Of a stretch of DNA of 64,000 nt, positions 46,967 through 56,200 are shown piece after piece (the stretch's first letter is position 1; the number at the start of each line of letters is the position of its first letter). The notes beneath the pieces are model-generated. The model made no database searches and was not told the DNA's origin. It worked only from the letters and a program-made list of their open reading frames with translations. A program made the translations under genes and the position numbers. This stretch comes from an uncultured Latescibacterota bacterium (GTDB lineage: Bacteria; Latescibacterota; UBA2968; UBA8231), in assembly GCA_951813615.1 (NCBI GenBank), contig OX638377.1, positions 3,434,599-3,498,598 of the forward strand, read 5' to 3'.

Positions 46967-47956
46967 ATGGAAAAGCGAACGCTTGGCCGCACGGGCCTTG
47001 AAGTCAGTATACTGGGAATGGGCGGCCTGTACGTCTCCAGCGCGGGTGACCGTGGACGCGATGAAGCATGCCGCGCCGTCCACCGCGCCCTTGAACTCGG
47101 CGTAAATTACGTGGATACAGCACCTAACTACCGCGACAGCGAAGAAGTTTTAGGCATCGCGCTTGAAGGCGTGCAGCAGCCGTACTTCCTCGCGACAAAA
47201 CTCGGCGGCCGGCCGCAGCCGTTTAATCCGCAAGATAAAGATCTCTTGCGGCAGTCGGTCGATGAAAGCCTGCGCTTACTCAAACGCGATTACATCGATG
47301 TCCTATTGATACACGAGCCTGACCGTCCCGGTCAGTACGATTGGTGGACGGACTACGACAATTTCCACGGGCCCGTCTGCGAGTTGTTGGAGGAACTGAA
47401 AGCGGAAAACATCATCCGCTTCACCGGACTCGGCGGCACCACCGCTTATCAGCTGCCGCTCATTATGGCAACGGGCAACTACGATGTCGTCTTAACGGCG
47501 TTCAACTACAGCTTGCTCTGGCGAGAAGCAACCATCGCCATCTTCCCCGAAGCCGAGCGACAGAATATGGGCGTTATCATCGGCTCGCCGCTGCAACAGG
47601 GAGCCCTATCGCGACGCTACCCCGAAATAGAAACTGGGACGCCGTGGCTGAGCCCGCCACGCCAGCAACAGTTTCAGCGGCTTTACGCATTTCTGGATGA
47701 AATCGAACTATCGCTACCAGAAGCTGCGCTCCGCCTGATGGTCGCCACCCCGCAAATCTCTACGGTCTTGATGGGAGCGCGATCGGTGGAGGAAGTGGAA
47801 CAGAATGTGCGCGCGGTTGCAGCCGGGCCGCTGCCGTCGGATGTCCTCGCCCAGCTTCAAGAGATTGCCGATATGGTGCCATTCCGGCCATATGAAGAGC
47901 CGTTTGGCTTGCCGTTTGGCCGGCCATACAAGGGGCCTGGCCAAGCCGGCAGATAG
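46967..47956 (+). CDS. Aldo/keto reductase
   Basis: MEKRTLGRTGLEVSILGMGG, YVDTAPNY and LLIHEPD motifs. ATG at 46967 is preferred over the track start at 46937, which abuts the previous stop. Confidence 0.85.
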   Translation: MEKRTLGRTGLEVSILGMGGLYVSSAGDRGRDEACRAVHRALELGVNYVDTAPNYRDSEEVLGIALEGVQQPYFLATKLGGRPQPFNPQDKDLLRQSVDESLRLLKRDYIDVLLIHEPDRPGQYDWWTDYDNFHGPVCELLEELKAENIIRFTGLGGTTAYQLPLIMATGNYDVVLTAFNYSLLWREATIAIFPEAERQNMGVIIGSPLQQGALSRRYPEIETGTPWLSPPRQQQFQRLYAFLDEIELSLPEAALRLMVATPQISTVLMGARSVEEVEQNVRAVAAGPLPSDVLAQLQEIADMVPFRPYEEPFGLPFGRPYKGPGQAGR

Positions 47957-48114
47957 GTGAGACAGTGGCAGCCCCAGCACCCAACACCCAATGGCGTAAT
48001 CACCACCCAACGTCCCATCATCACTTCGCCATCGAGCGGCGGACCGTTGCCACCCCCATCGACTCCCACGGCCCACGGCCCAGAGGGTGCCAAGGCCACC
48101 GACTGCCTCACTAC
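47957..48114 (-). pseudogene. Remnant of an autotransporter-type beta-domain (out of frame, truncated) belonging to decayed array copy A
   Basis: The minus strand encodes ..SSEAVGGLGTLW....GGDYAIGCWVLGLPLSH. This aligns with ..SETVGGLGTLWGRG...GADYAIGRWVLGLPLSHSRGDG of the intact copies, and then stops abruptly at the AKR stop codon. Confidence 0.8.
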
Positions 48115-49383
48115 TCATGGTAAACTCACTTCCTGTCGTCGCGCATCGTTAGCGGCTGTGGTCCGAATTAGACCTCCATCGCCGCGCCGCGAACTCATTC
48201 CGACTGCGCCTTGCAGCGACCCGTCCACTTTGTGGATAGGGTCGTCCGCCACGCCGGGGAAGTAGCGCTCTACGGGCGACCAGTCGGAACTGGCAACGAT
48301 CGTGGGCACCGACCCGACGAATCCAGTGTCCGTGCCTCCCTCGTCGATGCTAATGCCGTTCGCATCGACATCGTCAAATTCCACCTGATAGCGGTATACT
48401 AATCGGTTGGTGTCGGAGCCGGACAGGTACTCTGCCACGCGGGTGTTGAGGTCGTTGGCAGCATCGCCGACCCGAATGACAATCCAAGAGTCGTCCTCGG
48501 GCACGTACACGTCCGTGTTGAACGTCAAGGCGATGTCAATGTTCTCGCCATAGTGATAAGTGCGACCGTTGACTGGTGTCGATATGATCTCGGTCTTGTA
48601 GGCGCGGTGCGGACTGGGACGGCCCTCGACCCGTATCCTGAGAGTCTTGTTGGGATCTCTTTCCCACTTGATACCGCCAGCGCTCCGCAAGCCGAGATAA
48701 TTGTGGAGGGCCCATCCCTCTTTGGCCTCTGAATCTTCTCTGAAGCTGTAGGTTGTAGTGAATTGAGCGACGTTGCCGTTTGCGTGACCTGCGCCGCAAT
48801 TGAGAAGCAAGTAGTAATCCGCGCTCGGCTCTAAATAGGTGTTCTCCGGTGCCTGCCATTCATTGTGTGCAAAGTCGTCCAAGCGACTTCTGGTCAGATC
48901 AGCTACCTTGGTGATAAGGTAGCCCTCGCGGTGATAGAGGCCCGCGTTTATCGTCCTGTACCGGCTCTCATTCGCAGCGCGCACATCTAGCGAAATATCC
49001 GTCAATTCATACCCACCCTGATTCGGGCCGGTTCTAAACCCCTGATACAGTCCGTCCTGATTCTCACACAGGGTTACGATTCTGTCTGATCCTGAAGATT
49101 GCTGCATATTCGTCACGAGTATGGTAATCGGCGAATCGTATTCAGCGCGTGCAGTCACGGCGACGACAAGTGCAGCGGCCACAGCCAAAATCACCGCTCC
49201 AGTCCGGTGCCAGCCACCCTGGGGCTTGGCGGACACGTGGTCTTGCCGTTGCCACAGTCGAACCCGGCGTCTGATATTCAGCCCCCTGAGGTCGCGACGG
49301 CTTGTCGCCCGCCGTTGTAAGGTCCCTCCCCCAACATCTGCCACTATCCGCCTGTCAAGCTTGTCACCCAGCACAGTTATCAT
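48115..49383 (-). CDS. Array copy A: truncated paralog (leader + N-terminal passenger only; Calx-beta and barrel lost)
   Basis: ATG at 49383 after GGGAGG. MITVLGDKLDRRIVAD... and the passenger align with copy C up to ..HKVDGSLQ. The frame then breaks at a deletion junction near 48216-48222 and ends after 37 unrelated codons. This is probably a pseudogene. Confidence 0.7.
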   Translation of the reverse strand: MITVLGDKLDRRIVADVGGGTLQRRATSRRDLRGLNIRRRVRLWQRQDHVSAKPQGGWHRTGAVILAVAAALVVAVTARAEYDSPITILVTNMQQSSGSDRIVTLCENQDGLYQGFRTGPNQGGYELTDISLDVRAANESRYRTINAGLYHREGYLITKVADLTRSRLDDFAHNEWQAPENTYLEPSADYYLLLNCGAGHANGNVAQFTTTYSFREDSEAKEGWALHNYLGLRSAGGIKWERDPNKTLRIRVEGRPSPHRAYKTEIISTPVNGRTYHYGENIDIALTFNTDVYVPEDDSWIVIRVGDAANDLNTRVAEYLSGSDTNRLVYRYQVEFDDVDANGISIDEGGTDTGFVGSVPTIVASSDWSPVERYFPGVADDPIHKVDGSLQGAVGMSSRRGDGGLIRTTAANDARRQEVSLP

Positions 49384-49445
49384 GACCGGCCTCCCTCTCT
49401 TGCATTGCCAGCTAAGATGAAAAACTCCTCTCTGCCAATGCTTAT

Positions 49446-49462
49446 TGCATAAACCGTGCCAA
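49446..49462 (-). promoter_or_regulatory. Sigma54 (-24/-12) promoter of copy A
   Basis: The minus strand reads TTGGCACGGTTTATGCA, i.e. GG-N10-GC with TGGCACG-N4-(A)TGCA, 63 nt upstream of the ATG. Confidence 0.75.
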
Positions 49463-49656
49463 ACTTTTAGTGGACGGCCTAAGTCATTTATAAAAAGGAT
49501 GTTAGGAAAATTAATGCGGGAAGATGAAGAGTGCCGAAATGATGCGGAATTAAACAACTTGCAAGATGCAGAATGAAAAGAAGAGGCGTCTAACTATCTG
49601 AAATCGCGTTAGTTATGGCGCGATTTGCGGTATTTACAGCGGTAACCGCTTACTAT

Positions 49657-49673
49657 TGCAACAGTTGCAACAG
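49657..49673 (-). promoter_or_regulatory. Palindromic upstream element (candidate enhancer/UAS)
   Basis: TGCAACAGTTGCAACAG contains the palindromes TGCAAC-A-GTTGCA and GTTGCAAC. It lies 195 bp upstream of the -24 element. Confidence 0.4.
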
Positions 49674-49772
49674 TCAATTCGGAACGGAGAGGTATTGACC
49701 TAGATTGTCAGCTTGGTCTCTGCCCGGCTGGCAGGTAGGTCGATGATATCTTCCGTAGGTTCCAAAATTGCA

Positions 49773-49808
49773 GACGGGGTCTTCGTCGATGGTGACGAAG
49801 ACCCCGTC
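49773..49808 (-). terminator. Hairpin terminator of copy B
   Basis: Perfect 15-bp stem gacggggtcttcgtc / gacgaagaccccgtc with loop gatggt. On the minus strand it is followed by TGCAATTTTGG. It lies 36 nt after the stop. Confidence 0.6.
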
Positions 49809-49843
49809 GGGTATGGGCCACATGCACGTCTGCCGCTAGCGCT

Positions 49844-52789
49844 CTATGGCGCTGAGAGCGCCAAGTGCAGCATGACCTCGCGGTCCGGTGCCCTGTTGTC
49901 GACAGTGCTCTCGCGCTGCGTCCCCTCAATACCCATCTCCAGCCCTTCCCAGCGCAATAACTCCAGCCGATAGCCCATACGTACCTCGCGGAAGGCCTCA
50001 GACTGCCCCACCCGTAGGTAGGGCGTTCCCGTAGCCCGACCACCGAACACCGCCAGCCCGTAGGCCGCCTCCGCGTCAAGACGACCAGCCGACGCAATCG
50101 CGTCGTTCGCCGCCAGTCCCACCAGCGTCTCCCGCCCCAACAGCGCCGCCACACCGCCCGAGGACACCCCTCCCCAGGACGGCGTCAGCGCCACGGCCGG
50201 ACCCAGCGCCGAAGACGGCGTCGAATCGAAGCGCAGCGACCCTGATACCCTCCAGTCCCGAAAGTCCGAAGTCTCGTGCGCCACCAAGCCACGCACCATC
50301 ACCTGCGCCATCAGCCCCCGCGCCGCATCGGCAAAGACCGTACCGCCGCCTACCTCCACCCCAAAGCCCGTCTCTGCGTCGCCGCCGTCATGGCGCAACC
50401 CCAACTCGACCGTCGGTGTCAGCAACCCACCGCCTAGCGCAAGATCCAAGGACCCCTCCAGCCCCAAGCGCAGGCGGCTCACATCCGCCACCGCCGCGGC
50501 CAGCAGGCCCGACGGATCCACTGCCGCCGCCGAGGTCGTGCGCACCAACAGCGCATCCGACTCAACCGCCAGCGACAGACCGCCGGCTTGCCGTGCGGAG
50601 ACGAGGTCGCCCCGCACTCCGACCGCAGCCATCGTCAGACCCATAGCGGTGTGGTGAGACTCCCCGTCCTTCATCATCAATGCCAAGTCACCCTGACCGT
50701 AACCTGCCGTACCCCACAGCGACAGCCGCTCCGTCAGTTCGTAGCCGGCATAGGGATACAGGCCCGTCAGCGACGACGCCATGCGTCCTTGGCCGCGATC
50801 CGCCGAACGCCAGTTACCGTCCCCCCTGCTGTGAGACAGTGGCAGCCCCACCACCCAGCGCCCAACGGCGTAATCAGCACCCAACATCCCTGTCGTCACG
50901 CCGCCATCAAGCGAGAGACCGTTAGCACTCCCGCCAAAGCCCGAATACCCCCCACGGCCCCAAAGGGTACCAAGGCCACCGACTGTTTCACTACCCACGG
51001 TAAACGCACTTCCCGCCATGAGGTCGCGCATCGTCAGCGACTGCGGCCCGAACTGGACCTCGGTCGCCTCGTCGCGGTTCCATTCCGACTGCGGCTTGAA
51101 GCGATCCTGTGCGGTGACTTCACCTATGCCGCTGAGATCATGGCCCGCAACAGTAGCCTTAATCCCCGCCTCGTGCGGTGCCCTCAGACGCGCCTGCACG
51201 CCGTCGAGCACGCGCTGTGCCACAGTGCGACCAAAGCGCGCCAGCCAAGCTTGTTGCAACGGATCTTCGTTCTCGATCGTGCCCGTCGCCGTGTCGTCCG
51301 CAATACGCGCCCCCGAGGCATTGCTCAAGGTCAGCGTCAGGGTCTCCTCGCCCTCGTCGTGGGCATCGTCGAGCACCGCGACTGAAACCGTCTTCTGCGT
51401 CTCGCCCGCGGCGAAGGTGAGTGTCCCCTCTGCGGCCGTGTAGTCTTGGCCCGCCTGGGCGGTGCCGTCTGCGGTCGCGTAGTCCACCGTCACCGTCTCC
51501 GAGGCCGCCCGGTTCAGCATCACCGTGAATTCGAGCGTTGCGTCCGCCGCCTCCGTCGTCCGCGCATCCGCAATTGACAGCGCCGCTGCCCTTCCGGCGA
51601 TGCAGTGGGCCGACCCGTCCTCCAGGACGGTACAGTGGACCGACCCATCCACCTTGTGGCTAGGGTCATCGGCCACACCGGGGTAATAGCGATCTACGGG
51701 CAACAAGCCTAAACTAGCGACGAGCGTGGGCACCCATCCAACGAATCCGGTGTCCGGCCCGCCCTCGTCAACGCTAAGGCCGTTTGCGTCGGCATCGTTG
51801 AGTTGCACCTCATAGCGGTAGATCAACTGAGTCGTGAAGGAGCCGGACAGGTAGGCTGCCTGGCCAGCCACATCGCCGACCTGAATGCCAATGGACGATT
51901 CGCCCTGCACGTACACGGGCGTGTTGAACGTCAGGGCGATATCGATGTTTTCTCCTACTAGGTAGGTGTCCCCGTTTGTCGGCGTCGATACGATCTCGGT
52001 CTGGTAGGCGCGGTGGTAACTGGGACGTCCCTTGACCTCTATCTTGAGAATCAAGCGAGAGCCCCATTTCCACTCGGGATCACCCGCGGTCCGAAAGCCG
52101 CAATGATCGTGGATTTCCCATCCTTCTTCGGCCCCGGGGTCGTCTTCACTGCTGTAGGTCGTGAGGAATTGGGCCACGTTGTCATTGGCGCAACCTGCCG
52201 TGCAATCAAGCAGGAAGTAATACTCCGTGTCCGGCTCCAGATAGGTATTTTCAGGTGCCCACCACTCATTGGCCGCAAAGTCGTTCAACTGGCCTCTGGT
52301 GAGCTTGGCGACGCGGGTGAAGCCGGATTCGTCCCAGAGGTAGATGCCTGCGTCTATCGTCATGTATCGGCTCTCATGGGTGTCGTGCACATGCAGCACA
52401 ATGCTCGTCAATTCATACCCCCCGAGATTGGGGCCGGTTCTGAATGCCTGATTAAGTCCGTCCTGAGACGCATCCAGCAACACAACTCTCCCCGATGATG
52501 GTTGGTCGGTATTCTTCGCCAGCGTTCTGATCGGCGGATCATACTCCTGAGCAGGGGCAGTCGCCGCGATCACAAGGACGCTGGCTGCCGCCAGCAGCAC
52601 CGCTCCAATCCGCCATGCGCCGCCTTGCGGTCTGGCCGACCCATGGTCTTGCCGTTGCCATAGTCGAACCCGACGCCCGATATTCAACCCTCTGAGGCCG
52701 CGATGGCATGTCGCCCGCCGTTGTGAGTCCTCTGCCCCAGCATCTGCCACCACCCGCTTGTCAAGCTTGTCAATCAGCACAGTTATCAT
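49844..52789 (-). CDS. Array copy B: surface protein with long leader, N-terminal passenger modules, one Calx-beta domain and C-terminal autotransporter-type beta-barrel
   Basis: ATG at 52789 after AGGAGG. Calx-beta signature VTVDYATADGTAQAGQDYTAAEGTLTFAAGETQKTVSVAVLDDAHDEGEETLTLTLSNA. The C-terminal ~370 aa (GGLGTLWGRGGYSGFGG...GADYAVGRWVVGL.LSHS...) show the typical autotransporter beta-domain pattern. Confidence 0.75.
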   Translation of the reverse strand: MITVLIDKLDKRVVADAGAEDSQRRATCHRGLRGLNIGRRVRLWQRQDHGSARPQGGAWRIGAVLLAAASVLVIAATAPAQEYDPPIRTLAKNTDQPSSGRVVLLDASQDGLNQAFRTGPNLGGYELTSIVLHVHDTHESRYMTIDAGIYLWDESGFTRVAKLTRGQLNDFAANEWWAPENTYLEPDTEYYFLLDCTAGCANDNVAQFLTTYSSEDDPGAEEGWEIHDHCGFRTAGDPEWKWGSRLILKIEVKGRPSYHRAYQTEIVSTPTNGDTYLVGENIDIALTFNTPVYVQGESSIGIQVGDVAGQAAYLSGSFTTQLIYRYEVQLNDADANGLSVDEGGPDTGFVGWVPTLVASLGLLPVDRYYPGVADDPSHKVDGSVHCTVLEDGSAHCIAGRAAALSIADARTTEAADATLEFTVMLNRAASETVTVDYATADGTAQAGQDYTAAEGTLTFAAGETQKTVSVAVLDDAHDEGEETLTLTLSNASGARIADDTATGTIENEDPLQQAWLARFGRTVAQRVLDGVQARLRAPHEAGIKATVAGHDLSGIGEVTAQDRFKPQSEWNRDEATEVQFGPQSLTMRDLMAGSAFTVGSETVGGLGTLWGRGGYSGFGGSANGLSLDGGVTTGMLGADYAVGRWVVGLPLSHSRGDGNWRSADRGQGRMASSLTGLYPYAGYELTERLSLWGTAGYGQGDLALMMKDGESHHTAMGLTMAAVGVRGDLVSARQAGGLSLAVESDALLVRTTSAAAVDPSGLLAAAVADVSRLRLGLEGSLDLALGGGLLTPTVELGLRHDGGDAETGFGVEVGGGTVFADAARGLMAQVMVRGLVAHETSDFRDWRVSGSLRFDSTPSSALGPAVALTPSWGGVSSGGVAALLGRETLVGLAANDAIASAGRLDAEAAYGLAVFGGRATGTPYLRVGQSEAFREVRMGYRLELLRWEGLEMGIEGTQRESTVDNRAPDREVMLHLALSAP

Positions 52790-52847
52790 GACCGGCCTCC
52801 TTCTCTTTATGCCAGCTAGGATGAAAACTCCTCTCTGCCAATGCTTA

Positions 52848-52864
52848 TGCATAAACCGTGCCAA
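52848..52864 (-). promoter_or_regulatory. Sigma54 (-24/-12) promoter of copy B
   Basis: The minus strand reads TTGGCACGGTTTATGCA, 59 nt upstream of the ATG. The ORF-track TTG start is simply the TTGG of this element. Confidence 0.75.
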
Positions 52865-53058
52865 GTTTTTAGTAGATGGACTAAGTCCTTTATATAAAGG
52901 ATGTTGGGATAATTGATGCGGAAGGATGGACGGTTCTCGAAATGATGCAGAATGAAACAGTTTACATGACGCAGGATGAAAAGGAGAGGTGGCTAACTCT
53001 CTGAAATCGCGTTAGTTATGGCGTGATTTGCGTCATTTACAGCGGCAACTGTTTAATA

Positions 53059-53075
53059 GTGCAACAGTTGCAACA
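53059..53075 (-). promoter_or_regulatory. Palindromic upstream element (candidate enhancer/UAS)
   Basis: TGCAACAGTTGCAACAG, 195 bp upstream of the -24 element. Confidence 0.4.
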
Positions 53076-53175
53076 GTCAATTCGGAACGGAGAGGTATTG
53101 GCCTGGATGTTGGCTTGGTCCTTACCCGGCTGGCAGGTAGGTTGATGATATCTTCTGTAGGTTCCAAACTTGCGA

Positions 53176-53210
53176 ACGGGGTCTTCGTCGATGGTGACGA
53201 AGACCCCGTC
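53176..53210 (-). terminator. Hairpin terminator of copy C
   Basis: Stem acggggtcttcgtc / gacgaagaccccgt with loop gatggt. The T-tract is weaker (AAGTTTGG). Confidence 0.5.
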
Positions 53211-53244
53211 GGGTATGGGCCCATGCACGTTTGCCGCTAGCGCT

Positions 53245-56200
53245 CTATGGTGCTGAGAGCGCCAAGTGCAGCATGACCTCGCGGTCTGGTGCCATGTTGT
53301 CGACGGTGCTGTTGCGCTGCGTCCCTTCGATACCCATCTCCAGCCCTTCCCAGCGCAATAACTCCAGCCGATAGCCCATACGTACCTCGCGGAAGGCCTC
53401 AGACTGCCCCACCCGTAGGTAGGGCGTTCCCGTAGCCCGACCACCGAACACCGCCAGCCCGTAGGCCGCCTCCGCGTCAAGACGACCAGCCGACGCTGCC
53501 TCGTTCGCCGCCAGCCCCACCAGCGTTTCGCGCCCGAGGAGCGCTGCCACACCACCCGAAGACGGCGCACCCCAAGACGGCGTTAGCGCCACGGCCGGAC
53601 CCAGCGCCGAAGACGGCGTCGAATCGAAGCGCAGCGCCCCCGATACCCGCCAGTCCCGAAAGTCCGAAGTCTCGTGCGCCACCAAGCCACGCACCATCAC
53701 CTGCGCCATCAGCCCCCGCGCCGCATCGGCAAAGACCGTACCGCCGCCTACCTCCACCCCAAAGCCCGTCTCCGCGTCGCCGCCGTCGTGGCGCAGACCC
53801 AACTCTATAGTCGGCGTCAGCGACCTGCCGCCTGCAAGTGCCAAATCTAGGGAACCCTCCAGCCCCAGGCGCAGGCGGCTCACATCCGCCACCGCCGCGG
53901 CCAGCAGGCCCGACGGATCCGCCGCCGCCGCCGAGGTCGTGCGCACCAACAGCGCATCTGACTCGACCGTCAGCGACAGACCGCCGGCTTGCCGCGCGGA
54001 TACGAGATCACCCCGCACACCGGCCGCCGCCATCGTCAGATCCATAGTGGTGTGGTATGACTCTCCCTCCTGCATCATCAACCCTAGGTCACCCTGACCG
54101 TAACCTGCCGTACCCCACAGCGACAGACGCTCCGTCAGCTCGTAGCCGACATAGGGATACAGACCCGTCAGCGACGACGCCATGCGGCCTTCGCCGCGAT
54201 CCACCGAATGCCAACTCCCGTCCCCCCTGCTGTGAGACAGCGGCAGCCCCAGCACCCAGCGCCCAATCGCGTAATCCGCACCAAACATCCCCGTCGTCAC
54301 GCCGCCATCAAGCGCCAGACCGTTAACACTCCCATCAAAACCCGAATACGTCCCACGACCCCAGAGGGTGCCAAGACCGCCGACTGTCTCACTGCCCAAG
54401 GTAAATCCACTGCCCGTCATGAGGTCACGCCTCGTCAGAGACTGTGGTCTGAACTGTGCCCCAGTCGCCTCGTCGCGGCTCCATTCCGACTGCGTCTTGA
54501 AGCGATCCTGCGCGACTTCATCTGCACCGCTCAGGTCATAGCCCGCAACGGTAGCCTTAATCCCCGACTGGTGTGGTGCCCGCAGACGCGTCTGAACACC
54601 TTCGAGCACGCGCTGGGCCGTAGTGCGACCAAAGCGCGCCAGCCAAGCCTGCTGCAACGGATCTTCGTTCTCGATCGTGCCCGTCGCCGTATCGTCCGCA
54701 ATATCCACCCCCGAAGCGTTGCTCAAGGTCAGCGTCAGGGTCTCCTCGCCCTCGTCGTGGGCGTCGTCGAGCACCGCGACCGAAACCGTCTTTTGCGTCT
54801 CGCCCGCCGCGAAGGTGAGCGTTCCATCCGCAGCCGTGTAGTCTTGTCCTGCCTGTGCGGTCCCATCCACCGTCGCGTAGTCCACCGTCACCGCCTCTGA
54901 GGCCGCTCGGCTCAACGTCACCGTGAATGCGAGCGTGGCGTCTGCCTCCTCCATCGCCCGCGCATCCGCAACCCCTACTTGAGGCGTTGCCACGATCTGC
55001 AGTGAGCTAGCCACCTCGTTGTCGATTTCGACGATCACGACGTCGGGCAGTTCGACGTGTTCGCGGCCAGGGCCATCGGTAGACAAGTAGTGGTGGAAGC
55101 GACGCTCGCCACTGGACGTGTCGTTGTCCTGTCGGGCCTCCACCGTCACCGGAAAGGCTTCCTCCCAGTGATGGACATCCGACGAGGTCGCATCCTCGTC
55201 CGGCGAGAACCGCCAAGATTGCTCGCCGAGTGCGACCAGATCGGAGTCGCCGTCGTCTGGTTCCCAAGAGAGGACTACCCACTCTACCGGTCGCCGGTCG
55301 AGCTTGAGTTGGTAGGTCACTTGCTCCCCTTCGCGGACCTCAAGCCGTAAATCGGTGAGCGGGTTGCCGTCGCGGTCGAGAAACGCGACACCCACTTCGT
55401 CGTTGTCGACGATGGCGATTCTGGACTGACACGGGCCGCCGCACTCCGTCCGGTTGGAATCGCGCACTTGAACCTGGTCACTGAGCGAACGATCCCGCGC
55501 TAGCGTTACCATAAAAAGCTCTTCGAGTTCGTCCTCCGCGTCGTCGATCAGCGGCACCTCAATGCTCTTGTGTGCGACCCATCGACCGTCGGCGGATGAG
55601 AATTCCTCCGGCGTGAAGGCCACGGTTTCGCTAACGGAGGCATAATCCACATCGGCCACCGCCGTCGCGCTTTCCGTCGATAGGGTCACTTCGTGGCTCC
55701 GATTTGGTGGCGGAAATCCCCGCTGGGTCTCCATGATGACCTCGACGCTCGCTGCCGCGCCGGTCGCGCCCTCGTCAAAGCGGTACAGGGGCTGGCCCAG
55801 CCGCGCGATCAACGCGGGATTGCCCACCGCCATGCGCACGCTGGCCGCCGCCGGAGCCCCGATGTGGTAGCCAGCCCCCTCAATCACCGTAGCCGTAAGC
55901 GTACCGCTCTGGATCACTCGCTCGTTTTGTTGACTGGCATCAATACGCAGCTCAGCGGCAGTTGCGTTGGCGGGAAACTCGACGCTCTGCATGAGGTCGT
56001 CGGTGTTCAAGAACGACTGCTCCTGTGTCAGCTTGACGTTGACCACAATCGCCTGATCCGACGCCTCGGCCAGCGTCAGGTTGAAAACCACATCGTCTAA
56101 CACGGCGATGTAGGCGTCCCTGCCCGCGCGAATCGTCACCGTCTGTCCCGTCGCCGCCCCGTCGTCGTCGGCAATGGTCACCGTGGCGGTAGCCTGACTT

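Noticed and set aside
49558-49843. The ~290-380-bp conserved inter-unit blocks (also 52865-53244, 58096-58558, 61568-61850) considered as MITEs or IS remnants.
   Set aside because: They have no terminal inverted repeats, target-site duplications or transposase. Their content is fully accounted for by promoter, UAS, terminator and AKR-tail remnants duplicated together with the genes.
49708-50154. Alternate-frame ORFs conserved in three copies (49708..50154, 53037..53570, 58270..58884; MRRLR..WW.WRRT...).
   Set aside because: Their conservation simply mirrors the near-identical DNA of the barrel-coding 3' ends. They are Arg/Trp-rich, cross the real stop codon and terminator hairpin, and lack RBSs.
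52690-52789. Twin-arginine (Tat) signal in the array leaders (..SQRRAT.RRGLRGL..).
   Set aside because: The RR pairs lie about 30-35 residues before the hydrophobic core and do not match (S/T)RRxFLK followed directly by the h-region.
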